A stretch of DNA of 64,000 nt from Pseudobdellovibrio sp. (GTDB lineage Bacteria; Bdellovibrionota; Bdellovibrionia; Bdellovibrionales; Bdellovibrionaceae): NCBI GenBank assembly GCA_046293015.1, contig JBKBPU010000005.1:5372-69371 (forward strand). The letters are read 5' to 3'. The position numbers were made by a program, and so were the translations under genes. Position 1 is the stretch's first letter, and the number at the start of each line of letters is the position of its first letter. Below the pieces are notes generated by a model. The model did no database searches. It was not told where the DNA came from and was given only the letters and a program-made list of their open reading frames with translations. Shown here piece after piece: positions 28,955-37,804 of this stretch.

Positions 28955-29755
28955 TTATGTCAATATGGGATTCGTCGCAGTGCTTGTCTCATTATTGTTA
29001 ATTTCAATGTTTTCTTCTTTAGCTAAATAAATAAAAAATTTTTTCAATAATAAATAATGAAAAACGATGTTGATTAAAGCAGTGATGGCGACAAATCCAG
29101 TTGCCGCTAAAAAATGGCTTTTAAAATTCGTATACTCGTCAAATGTTATTGATAAAAACGCTGGTATAATAATGACAAATATAAGAATTAAACCATTGAG
29201 TTTCCACCAAAAAGCTTGCGAAATTTTTTTAGACATTTCCAAGGCATCAACTTCTCCTAGTCGGTACTTTTGCGAAAAGAAGACGACAAATGGAGTAAGA
29301 AGATAGTAGCTATATTTGACTAGACCTGGAATAATGAATAATAGCCCCCACAAGCAAGCTAATCCAAATGCCCGCATTGACTCAAGAAGTGACTTTTCAA
29401 AAACATCATCTATGAAAAATCTTAAACTTCGTGGTTTGTATGAATTTAGAGTTATAGGTTTAATCGTCTGACTAATATTATAAGATGCAATTATTGTGGT
29501 CAGTAAAGGGAATAGAAAACTGGACATAATTGAGAGTACAATCCATAACCATAAAATGTTCGGAAAAACATCTTGAGACCTTAATATTGATTCAATTTTT
29601 GCGTTGAGAAATTGATCGATATTTGTAGAGATAAATAAAATGAATGTGACTGGCAAAAAACTTATGCCAAGTGATTTTTTTAAATTAAATAAAGTAAGTT
29701 CGGTATTTATAGACACAACATGATTAATCATTCGTACAGATAAACTTAGAGTCAA
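28955..29755 (-). CDS. Integral membrane hypothetical protein (DUF975-like)
   Basis: About 5 TM helices and an LFIIPGLVKYSYY.L.PF motif. Confidence 0.6.
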   Translation of the reverse strand: MTLSLSVRMINHVVSINTELTLFNLKKSLGISFLPVTFILFISTNIDQFLNAKIESILRSQDVFPNILWLWIVLSIMSSFLFPLLTTIIASYNISQTIKPITLNSYKPRSLRFFIDDVFEKSLLESMRAFGLACLWGLLFIIPGLVKYSYYLLTPFVVFFSQKYRLGEVDALEMSKKISQAFWWKLNGLILIFVIIIPAFLSITFDEYTNFKSHFLAATGFVAITALINIVFHYLLLKKFFIYLAKEENIEINNNETSTATNPILT

Positions 29756-29961
29756 ATAAAGATTCTGGATTTGTTCAGTTTGACGAGCTGTGTATTTGTT
29801 TTAATTTAAACTAAAACAGTAGTGGATTCTTCACATACGTGAACTCATTTATATCCTGTATGTTTGTTAATCAAAACACGTATGATTGACTTCTTTATGA
29901 TTAAAATTAATGCTTATTGGGTGCTGAATTCGAAAAAAAACGAATATTTGTGATCGAATTG

Positions 29962-29990
29962 TTGACTTCAAAATTGAGTCCTGATTAAAT
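29962..29990 (+). promoter_or_regulatory. Possible sigma70 promoter of tRNA-Leu
   Basis: TTGACT-N17-TTAAAT, ending 20 nt upstream of the tRNA. Confidence 0.35.
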
Positions 29991-30010
29991 CGATGAACAT
30001 TTTTTAGAAT

Positions 30011-30102
30011 GCCCCGGTGGCGAAATTGGTAGACGCACAGGACTTAAAATCCTGAGCTTCGTTAACACGGGCGTGCCGGTTCAAGTCCGGCCCGGGGCAC
30101 CA
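30011..30102 (+). tRNA. tRNA-Leu (anticodon TAA)
   Basis: Acceptor stem GCCCCGG/CCGGGGC + ACCA; D-arm GCGAAATTGGTAGACGC; anticodon arm CAGGA-CTTAAAA-TCCTG; long variable arm; T-arm GCCGG-TTCAAGT-CCGGC. Confidence 0.97.
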
Positions 30103-30620
30103 TTTTCAACAGTACTCGAACCCACACGCTTGAATAAATTTAAATTCTGACTCTCAATTCCAAAATTCGAAAAACCGCAGCTCAGACCCAAGGTTCTACT
30201 CCATCAGAGGGGGAATCGCAGTTTCAAGTTATGAACTATTAATTTGATTATATCTGACCTCATCTTAGGGTCGTTTTCTCCTTTCATGATTAAACTATCT
30301 AAACCATTTTTAAAAATCTCATGCGTTTGCAAACTGAGCGGCGTTTGAAACTCGACTTTTTCTTTGGCCTCTTTTGATTTTTCAACAAAACCAGCTTTTT
30401 TAGATTGTAGCTCTTTCATCTGATCCACAATCGGCTGCATGTCCATGTCGGCTGGCAATTTACTTAATCTTTCAGCCAACACCGTGATCTGCCGATCCAA
30501 AGCACCAATCTTTAAACCCAAATCACGAGCTTCATCAAAAGTTGATTTGTTTTCTGAAACTGTTTTAACTGTGCTTCAAAAATCTGAGCCTTTGATGATA
30601 GAACTGATGCAGTCCCTAGA
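30081..30620 (-). pseudogene. C-terminal remnant of a probable large serine recombinase (integrase)
   Basis: Coiled-coil ORF 30204..30521 ending …RSDIIKLIVHNL. After one TGA the same frame continues to …GSSTVENGAPGRT* inside the tRNA 3' end. The upstream frame is broken by a stop (~30576) and no catalytic domain is visible. Confidence 0.55.
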
Positions 30621-30656
30621 GATTTGATTTTTTTTGTTTTTTGTTAGTGGGGACAG

Positions 30657-30687
30657 AAAAAAGCTTCGCTCGGTTTTGCGAAGCTTT
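30657..30687 (-). terminator. Rho-independent terminator of the 30721..31422 gene
   Basis: AAAGCTTCGC-N8-GCGAAGCTTT hairpin followed on the minus strand by a T-run. Confidence 0.7.
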
Positions 30688-30720
30688 ATGAGCTTTTTAG
30701 ATTGTCAGGTTGGTAGGGGT

Positions 30721-31422
30721 TTATTTACAGTTTAATCCTACATTTTTTTCTAAATTTAAAACACACTTTATAGACTTTACCTTTCCAGGATCATTGAGTG
30801 CGTCTACAAGGTTTGTTCTCTCAAATTTAAAGGTAGTGGAATTCGCCCATTTTGAATTACTAAACCCTTCATTTTTATAACTTTTCTCTAAAATTTTTTT
30901 ACATGATCCGTATTTACAATCCAACACTTGAAAAAGTCCTGAATCAGAATTGTAGCCGGCCTCAACATCTGCATCTGTGGAAAGAATTAAAAACTTTTTA
31001 TTAGGTGAGATCATCTCAGAATCGCCAGAGCCAAACTCATCGCAATCATTGAGACTAATATAATTATTACTGCCTCCCTCTCCTAAGTTGCCAACACGTC
31101 TTTCAATAACAAAACCCATATCACATCTAATTTCAAAAATCGAAGAACCTCCACCAGACTCAGCACCAATATCAAGACTCAATTTTCGCTCCTTAGAATT
31201 GGTGCATTTATAGTGTGAAATAAGATTTGCTTTCTTAGCGTCTGTTTTAATATTCACCCAAGAGGCTTGTAAATTTTCCTTATCAAATTTCCAATTAGCC
31301 AGTCCTCCGTTTTTATAGTTTTGGCAATCCTTTTTATCGAAGGATTTTAATTCTAATTTAGAGGATTCAGCCAAGCTTAAGTTGCAAGTATAAAAAATGA
31401 TAAAAGTTAAAATATTGAGCAC
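30721..31422 (-). CDS. Secreted Cys-rich hypothetical protein
   Basis: GTG start with AGGAG RBS, signal peptide and several Cys. Confidence 0.75.
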   Translation of the reverse strand: MLNILTFIIFYTCNLSLAESSKLELKSFDKKDCQNYKNGGLANWKFDKENLQASWVNIKTDAKKANLISHYKCTNSKERKLSLDIGAESGGGSSIFEIRCDMGFVIERRVGNLGEGGSNNYISLNDCDEFGSGDSEMISPNKKFLILSTDADVEAGYNSDSGLFQVLDCKYGSCKKILEKSYKNEGFSNSKWANSTTFKFERTNLVDALNDPGKVKSIKCVLNLEKNVGLNCK

Positions 31423-31764
31423 TTCTTCTCCTTGAAATAAAACCTATAAGAAATCCGTTTATATTCTTTTATTTATAAAAATTTAAATTGTTGCTAAGCG
31501 CTGGTCAACTAACCCAAAGCTTTTGGGGTTTTGCGAAAAAATAGATCTTGAGCCATTTAGACTACAATTGCAGGGGACAGTTAAGTTTTTAACAATAATT
31601 TTAATGGCAAGAGTTTTGGTCCCGTTAGCGCGATCAAATAAGCTATCCTTACAGATCTGATTGCTGACAGTCTCAAACAGAGCCTAAAGTCATTATATTA
31701 GATCTGACAAAAGGTTCGCTTTCAATGACCAAAAATCGACAAAGTGACATTCCCTTTTAATCAT

Positions 31765-31807
31765 ACCACTGTGAGTGGTGCAGTAATTTGCACCACTTTG
31801 GTGCAAA
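31765..31807. promoter_or_regulatory. Overlapping inverted-repeat (operator-like) array
   Basis: ACCACT-gtg-AGTGGT, AGTGGTGCA-N6-TGCACCACT and TTTGCACCA-N3-TGGTGCAAA, all overlapping. Confidence 0.65.
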
Positions 31808-31812
31808 TCTAA

Positions 31813-31841
31813 TTGCTTGTTACAACAACCCTATATATTAA
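31813..31841 (+). promoter_or_regulatory. Putative sigma70 promoter of the DUF4423 gene
   Basis: TTGCTT-N17-TATTAA, ending 7 nt before GTG 31849. Confidence 0.45.
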
Positions 31842-31848
31842 TGAACTT

Positions 31849-32601
31849 GTGGACGCAGAAAGTTTTAAAAGTATACTTCAGCAAGAATTTTTAAAAAGAG
31901 GAGCTAGAAATCCTAGGTATTCTCTTCGTAGTTACGCCCAATTTTTGGGTATACACCATAGCACACTTTCTGGGTTGCTATCTGGAAGAAGGCCGATTAC
32001 AAAAAAAACTGTTGTATCATTGTCTTTAAAACTGGGCTTATACCCATATGATTTTGTCAAAAAAGAGAAGAGAAATTTTAGTCTACCTAAGCACGAATTT
32101 TTAGAAGAGGACATTTTTAATCGTATTTCCGAGTGGTATTTTGATGCCATTTTAGAACTTTCAAAAGTTAAGTCGTTCGATTTCACAGTTAACAATATCA
32201 GCCGATATCTTGGTATTAACGAAGCAAAAGCCAGTATTGCGATAGAAACTTTATTAAGATTAAAACTTTTAAAAAAATCAAAAAATGGGTTCGAGATAGT
32301 TCACGAAAACTCGACGAATCTATCATCAAATGAAAAAACATCAGCTGCAATGAGAAAATACCAGAGATCGATTTTGGAAAAGTCTATTGAAGCATTAGAA
32401 CTAGTCGATCGGAAAGATCGCGATCATACATCTACCACTATGGCGATCCGAAAACGCGATCTTCCGAAAGCTAAACAAATTATGAAAGATTTTAGATATA
32501 AACTAACGGCCTTATTGCAAGAGAATGATAAAGACTTTGATGAAGTTTATCAGCTCCAGGTCTCTTTATTTCCGATAGGTAATCACAAGGAGGATTCATG
32601 A
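31849..32601 (+). CDS. TIGR02147 / DUF4423-family HTH regulator
   Basis: RNPRYSLRSYAQFLGI.HSTLS.LLSGRR HTH, ISEWYFDAILEL, and RDHTSTTMAI…VYQLQVSLFP motifs. GTG 31849 is the preferred start; the ORF track gives 31813. Confidence 0.88.
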   Translation: MDAESFKSILQQEFLKRGARNPRYSLRSYAQFLGIHHSTLSGLLSGRRPITKKTVVSLSLKLGLYPYDFVKKEKRNFSLPKHEFLEEDIFNRISEWYFDAILELSKVKSFDFTVNNISRYLGINEAKASIAIETLLRLKLLKKSKNGFEIVHENSTNLSSNEKTSAAMRKYQRSILEKSIEALELVDRKDRDHTSTTMAIRKRDLPKAKQIMKDFRYKLTALLQENDKDFDEVYQLQVSLFPIGNHKEDS

Positions 32602-33647
32602 AATATTTGTTTTTAATTTTGACTCTGTTTATCAGCTTACAGCCATTTTCTACTCTGGCTGCGGGACAAGACCGAGGCGGTGGCAAAGGTATCGTATGTA
32701 AGGATAATAAAAATCAAATCCAATCCGTAGAACTTCTTGATATATGGGAGGCGCGGCGTTCGGGTATTCAGTTTCCAAATTCTCCGGATAATGCTACGAA
32801 TCAGCTTACAAATGCTCTCGAACGGTCTCGAATACCAGTTTCTGAAATGTGGGGTGGTAGCCAATACCACTTTGACAATTTTTTTGCTCGAATAGCTTAT
32901 GATTTCTTAACTTGCACCGATCCTAAGCAGACTTGTCCGACCTCCACATATGCCTACTATGAACGTATTTACGGCAAAGCCTTACCTCTCTCAAACGATT
33001 CTCTTGAGGGTGATTTGAATCTTCCTGCCAATTGTGCTGTTGAACAAATAGTCTCCTATTACAAAGGTAATAGTTATTATTTGAATATGGATTTAGTTGT
33101 ACACATGAATGCTCTAAACTTGGCAGGCCTTGCGATTCATGAATCTATTTACCATGAGTTGTATTCCCTCAACTCTGAGGAAAACTCTCAAAGAGTGCGC
33201 CGATTTGTGTCTTTTGTGATGTCAGGTCAAACTTTACAGCCAAAAGTAAGCTATCTAAAGGCTCCATACATAACTTGCGGCAAGTGGGATAATGGATATT
33301 GGGATCGACTGAATTTTATGCAAGATCCAAAAAGCAAGACTCCGAAAATAATTGCGCTGATCGATTACCATGGAAGCGGCTATGTAATTAATTTTCATAA
33401 CGGCCAGGTTAGTTCAGCCACTCTAGAGCCAAATACGGATGTTGAAACATTTTACAATTGGTTAGTACGAAAGGACCTATCTCATAAAATCAAGATTTCG
33501 GGCGAAGCTACAGATATTGAGTTCCTGACTGAGTTCAGTTTGAATATTGTGTCAGGAGATGGTGTAATGGTGTTAGATAGACGAACTGGAAATGGGATAT
33601 ATCCTCGTGCGAAGCCTGAAAATGTCTCATGTCGATTGATTAAGTAA
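32598..33647 (+). CDS. Secreted hypothetical protein (GGG..VC…VELLD.WE N-terminal motif)
   Basis: Signal peptide followed by GQDRGGGKGIVC…VELLDIWEA; ATGA overlap with the regulator gene. Confidence 0.8.
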   Translation: MKYLFLILTLFISLQPFSTLAAGQDRGGGKGIVCKDNKNQIQSVELLDIWEARRSGIQFPNSPDNATNQLTNALERSRIPVSEMWGGSQYHFDNFFARIAYDFLTCTDPKQTCPTSTYAYYERIYGKALPLSNDSLEGDLNLPANCAVEQIVSYYKGNSYYLNMDLVVHMNALNLAGLAIHESIYHELYSLNSEENSQRVRRFVSFVMSGQTLQPKVSYLKAPYITCGKWDNGYWDRLNFMQDPKSKTPKIIALIDYHGSGYVINFHNGQVSSATLEPNTDVETFYNWLVRKDLSHKIKISGEATDIEFLTEFSLNIVSGDGVMVLDRRTGNGIYPRAKPENVSCRLIK

Positions 33648-33685
33648 CTGATTAATAACTCTACCTTCGAAAAATATTTCCGATC

Positions 33686-33713
33686 AAAAACGCTCAAGCA
33701 ACTGAGCGTTTTT
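33686..33713. terminator. Bidirectional Rho-independent terminator
   Basis: AAAAACGCTCA-N6-TGAGCGTTTTT between convergent genes. Confidence 0.8.
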
Positions 33714-33915
33714 TTATTGGTCTGATCAAGCCATGTTTGGTGTCGATCACGGTCCAATCAATACGTGACGGGTTGAGCTTTGCAGTTCTCAAACGCTCTT
33801 TGATTGCGATTTTCGTTGTCGCAAAATGAAGAGCGATTGAATCAATACTCCATCGTTCAACCCACCGAAGTCTTGCAAATTCTGTTAAATTTAGATATAT
33901 CCGATCCCAAGTCAT
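33694..33915 (-). CDS. Small basic HTH-like protein
   Basis: 73-aa ATG ORF with an LRWVERWSIDSIALHFATTKIAIKERL helix-turn-helix-like pattern. Confidence 0.5.
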   Translation of the reverse strand: MTWDRIYLNLTEFARLRWVERWSIDSIALHFATTKIAIKERLRTAKLNPSRIDWTVIDTKHGLIRPIKKRSVA

Positions 33916-34179
33916 TTTGTAAGTCTGCGAAACTACAAGCTTCCCTGGTTCTGGTAGCTTGCGGCAGCCTGCACCATCTAGTCCTGTTTTTAGGTTCGCC
34001 TTTTTCGGCTCTTATCACTTCACAGTTTAGGTTCTACGGCTCTACTCATTTTACTGTTTATTACATAGTGTAAGTTCTTTAAATGACGTATTCTGTTGAA
34101 AATCAAATATTGGATATAAAATCAGGATGTTGAATATTCTTGTTTAACATTTTAGCAGCGTTAATGCTAATCTACTACA

Positions 34180-35046
34180 ATGATACATGTCCTTCGAATT
34201 ATTGTTTTTAGATATACGAAACTATTTATTTTCGGCTTAATAATTTTTTTAGTGACTTCGTGTACAAAAGTTGATTTTGGGTATACTCTTGCAACTAAAC
34301 TGATTAAAGGGCGTATTTATGATACTTTTGAGTTTAAGCCTAAAAGTAAAAAGACAGAAATTGATATATACTTAAATTCTGAGTTAAAAAAAAATAAACG
34401 CAAAACACTTGATGAATTATCTTTATTCATTCAAGACGTGCAAAAAAATCTACCAAATGATGAAATGACTATTGATACAGTTCATAAATTATTTGATCGA
34501 GCCAAAGCATTACGTCAAAATGTTATTCTTGTATATAAAGATGTTTTTACTACTGTTATTAAAAAAATCGAGCAGAGCGAGATTGAACATTTTCAGAAAT
34601 TTACCAATCGTCAAATATCAAACTTGATTCAGGATGCTCAAGATGAAACTGAATTCTTAGAAAAAAAAGAGACAAGTTTCAAGCGAACGATTAGTTTTTT
34701 TATGGGCGAAATTAATGAAAAACAATTTAAGTCTATTCAATTCTTTTTAAAGAAACACAAACAATTCTTTATAAATCAAATTAATTTTAGATCAAAGTAT
34801 TTTAAAAAATTTTACGAGCTCTATCCTCATTATGATAAAATGCAAGATTTGACATTTAAGTTTTACTCTGGTCATGAAAGTATTTACAGCTCGAACGAAG
34901 TCGTTGAAAGACAAGTTTTTGAAGGAGATCTGAAAATACTTTTACTCGACTTGTGGAATTCTGCAGATTTAGAACAAAAAAAACAATTTAGAGATACATT
35001 GTCATCAGTTTTTATCAATCTTCAAGATAAAGATAATTCATTTTAG
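34180..35046 (+). CDS. Hypothetical lipoprotein (DUF6279-like)
   Basis: Lipobox VTSC followed by a helical body. Confidence 0.6.
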   Translation: MIHVLRIIVFRYTKLFIFGLIIFLVTSCTKVDFGYTLATKLIKGRIYDTFEFKPKSKKTEIDIYLNSELKKNKRKTLDELSLFIQDVQKNLPNDEMTIDTVHKLFDRAKALRQNVILVYKDVFTTVIKKIEQSEIEHFQKFTNRQISNLIQDAQDETEFLEKKETSFKRTISFFMGEINEKQFKSIQFFLKKHKQFFINQINFRSKYFKKFYELYPHYDKMQDLTFKFYSGHESIYSSNEVVERQVFEGDLKILLLDLWNSADLEQKKQFRDTLSSVFINLQDKDNSF

Positions 35047-36056
35047 AGACTGACTTTGTATTTATCAGATATGTATTTTTTAATAACTTCAATCTCTTCT
35101 GAAGTTAATTTTCTGTTATATTTAATTTGAAGATTATTAACCATATTAGCTAAATGAAACTGTGCGGCGATTTGTTCAGGCGTGATTTCGGCCGTTTTTC
35201 GAGTTGATAACTCGACCTCATGTAGTTGTTTAACTGCTTTATTTATACCATCTTGTTTTATTTGGTTATAGTAGTACATTCCTGCAGGAATTATCGAGGC
35301 AATTGAAAATACAATAAACCAATTGTAAAATGAGGACAATTTATTGAATATATGTTTTCCATGTATTGTTGTTAAATAAGGTTTTAACTCATCACGGTGT
35401 GCCTCTAAGCCATCCAATAAAATTTTCTCGGCAAGCACTGCCGGTATAACTGAGCCACGCAGTTTAGGAGCTATAAGCATTGCATAGGTCCATCTAAAAT
35501 ATTCATCTCTAAATGGTTTGAGTATTAGCTCGAAGATAATTTTTATTTTGGTTTCTTTTTTATACATTTTTCGAATGTCTTTAAAGAAATAATTCAATAG
35601 TCCGTAAGATAGAATCGATTTTTTTGCATTAAAAATAATATTCTTGTCGTATGTGGATAACTGATTATTTATTGATGGATCATTTATAAAGCTCAATCTG
35701 AGTAAGCGATCAATAAGTATATCAAGTTCGTACTGATCTATAGTGGCTGTTGAATCAGTGTTTTGATCCATTTTGTTTAATTCATTTAAGATGCTTTTTA
35801 ATTTGCGTTGATAATAAGTTTTAGCAACCTTTTTAAATGACGGTTTATAATAACTCTGTTGATATAATATGCCGCTTAAACTCTGTGAAAAAATCTGTCC
35901 ATTAGCTTTTGATTCATTTAGTAGGTCTATATGATAGGCTAGCGATTCAACACTTCCTCTGTTAAACTGACTAAATAAGTTTGAACACTGCAACGATGAA
36001 GCTAGAGTGTTCAAACTTAAAATTAAGACTAAACAATATGTAAAAAATATTTTCAC
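35043..36056 (-). CDS. Secreted/membrane-anchored hypothetical protein
   Basis: Signal peptide, then CSNLF; one TM segment near the C-terminus. Confidence 0.75.
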   Translation of the reverse strand: MKIFFTYCLVLILSLNTLASSLQCSNLFSQFNRGSVESLAYHIDLLNESKANGQIFSQSLSGILYQQSYYKPSFKKVAKTYYQRKLKSILNELNKMDQNTDSTATIDQYELDILIDRLLRLSFINDPSINNQLSTYDKNIIFNAKKSILSYGLLNYFFKDIRKMYKKETKIKIIFELILKPFRDEYFRWTYAMLIAPKLRGSVIPAVLAEKILLDGLEAHRDELKPYLTTIHGKHIFNKLSSFYNWFIVFSIASIIPAGMYYYNQIKQDGINKAVKQLHEVELSTRKTAEITPEQIAAQFHLANMVNNLQIKYNRKLTSEEIEVIKKYISDKYKVSL

Positions 36057-36072
36057 AGACGTAATAAAATAA

Positions 36073-36963
36073 TTATTTGTTTTTTGTTGTGCTAATTTGT
36101 TGTGTAAGGCTAGCCTGTGTACGATCTAGGTTAATCATAATTTTACGAACAAGTTGTCTGGCTTCTTCAGAGTTATAGCCTGCAGCCATTCCTAATACCC
36201 CAACTGCGTTCGAACCTAAGTTTGTTGCGGCAAATCCACCTTTTGTTGTGGTAAGAGCTTTATTAGAAAGCTCTTGTAGCTTTGGCAAAAATGTTTTGAT
36301 CGCTTCATCGCCTTCTTTAGCTAGTTTAGGTGCTACAAAATGTAAAATAACATATGCTACGGTACCAACAGCAACAGCATCTGATGATCCACCCATTGCT
36401 TTAATAGCATTAACTAGTTGACTATTATTCGCTGAAATTTCGTTACTTAATTGTGATAAATCGGTGAGTGCCGCCGTAAGTTCTTTTGATGGTTTTGAAT
36501 GCTGCAACAGGTTGGACGATGTTTCGCTGATCATAGATTGTATGTTAGCTGCAGTTAAAGTTTCACCTGCTTTATAGTGTCTTACAATCATATCGCAGAT
36601 TGCAGTCACAGCTGCTGTTACTAAAGCGATATTAGTGCGTTCTTTTGATTGCAGATGTGCGGTTACAGATGCTGAATTTATGAATAATAAGCCTGTTTGA
36701 ATTGTGTTGATATATTTTAGTACTGGATCTTTTTCTTCAGAATTCATTTTTGTGACAAGGTCTTTGCGTAGCTTATCAATTTGTTCGACCATAATTTGAA
36801 GATCTTTTACAGTTTTTTCTGCTTCTGCAATGTCTGCAGCCGTAATGTCTGCAAGATCAAGAGCGTTGACGTTACGATCTGCCATAGTTGTGGCTAAGAG
36901 TGTTTGATTAAAAAGCATAGATGAGGCCACAATCAGGGATATATTTTTTGTCATTTTTTTCAT
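36073..36963 (-). CDS. Secreted all-helical hypothetical protein with hydrophobic/Gly-Ala helices
   Basis: AAAGGA RBS before ATG 36963, signal peptide and three hydrophobic segments. Confidence 0.75.
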   Translation of the reverse strand: MKKMTKNISLIVASSMLFNQTLLATTMADRNVNALDLADITAADIAEAEKTVKDLQIMVEQIDKLRKDLVTKMNSEEKDPVLKYINTIQTGLLFINSASVTAHLQSKERTNIALVTAAVTAICDMIVRHYKAGETLTAANIQSMISETSSNLLQHSKPSKELTAALTDLSQLSNEISANNSQLVNAIKAMGGSSDAVAVGTVAYVILHFVAPKLAKEGDEAIKTFLPKLQELSNKALTTTKGGFAATNLGSNAVGVLGMAAGYNSEEARQLVRKIMINLDRTQASLTQQISTTKNK

Positions 36964-37193
36964 AATTTGGAATTCCTTTCGATATGTTCTTATTTGAACA
37001 GAATATATTCGATGCAATTTGATAGACAGATTAATTTATGTTACAATTGGATCTATTCGATTTGATTATATAGATGTAATGAAAGTGACTTAATATGCTG
37101 ACTTATGTCTAATGAATTGACTAATGAGTATGTCTCGAAATGAGAAATATAATGTAACTAATAATTTGAGATTGGTTACATCAGGGATGGAAA

Positions 37194-37799
37194 GTGAATT
37201 TTAATAAAACTCCACTAACAGACTTACTAAAAGAACATAGTCGCAATTGCTTATGCATTTCGATTTCGATCCTGCTTCATTTAGTTGTGATTTATGTATT
37301 TTATTTTCTTATTCGTGAACAGAACATTCTCGTTCAACTTGATCAATTAGATGTTATCGCTGAAATAGATAATCGCATTGTAAGTTCGAAGAAATTAATT
37401 AAAAGCAACCATACAATCAGTCAATCGCCAATGATCTCGAATGCATTGACCGATTCAAATCAAAATATAAATCAAAATGCAAAAATTGGTCAAAATTTGA
37501 ATTATAATTTGGATCAATCGATTATGAATAATTTTGTTCATCCGAAAATAATGGGTCGTGTCGTTTTTAATCGAACTGAGCAAGCACGTCGCATGCGCTA
37601 TGAAGGTAATTCTAAACTTAAAGTTTCAATTGATAAGCTAGGGCAAGTGATTGATGTAGTTTTATTGAATGATTTACCTTATGGATTGAATGATAAATCT
37701 ATTGAAATTGTTAGAAATATTAATTTTTCTCCAGCTTATTTAGCTGGAGAACCGATCGAATATGAGTTTGTTTTTACCATACAGTACCGAAATGAATAG
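37194..37799 (+). CDS. tonB: Energy transducer TonB-like protein
   Basis: N-terminal ISILLH TM and a C-terminal TonB domain (ARRMRYEG…IDKLGQV…PYGLN…FSPA..AGEPI). Confidence 0.8.
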   Translation: MNFNKTPLTDLLKEHSRNCLCISISILLHLVVIYVFYFLIREQNILVQLDQLDVIAEIDNRIVSSKKLIKSNHTISQSPMISNALTDSNQNINQNAKIGQNLNYNLDQSIMNNFVHPKIMGRVVFNRTEQARRMRYEGNSKLKVSIDKLGQVIDVVLLNDLPYGLNDKSIEIVRNINFSPAYLAGEPIEYEFVFTIQYRNE

Positions 37800-37804
37800 G
37801 TATA

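Larger units (their letters stand above)
30103..34080. mobile_element. Decayed tRNA-Leu-associated integrative island (right boundary approximate)
   Basis: Abuts the tRNA 3' end and contains a recombinase-like remnant, orphan secreted genes, a regulator and a small HTH-like ORF. No attR duplication was found. Confidence 0.5.

Noticed and set aside
30439-30627. 62-aa plus-strand ORF
   Set aside because: Antisense shadow of the recombinase-like remnant with no RBS or recognisable features.
33804-34073. 89-aa plus-strand ORF
   Set aside because: Overlaps the better minus-strand HTH-like ORF and has no RBS or protein-like features.
33650-34180. attR direct repeat of the tRNA-Leu 3' end
   Set aside because: No copy of CCGGCCCGGGGCACCA or a substantial part of it was found, so the island boundary stays approximate.
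37086-37122. Three TGACT direct repeats upstream of tonB, considered as a Fur or other operator
   Set aside because: Irregular spacing and no GATAATGATAATCATTATC-like Fur box.
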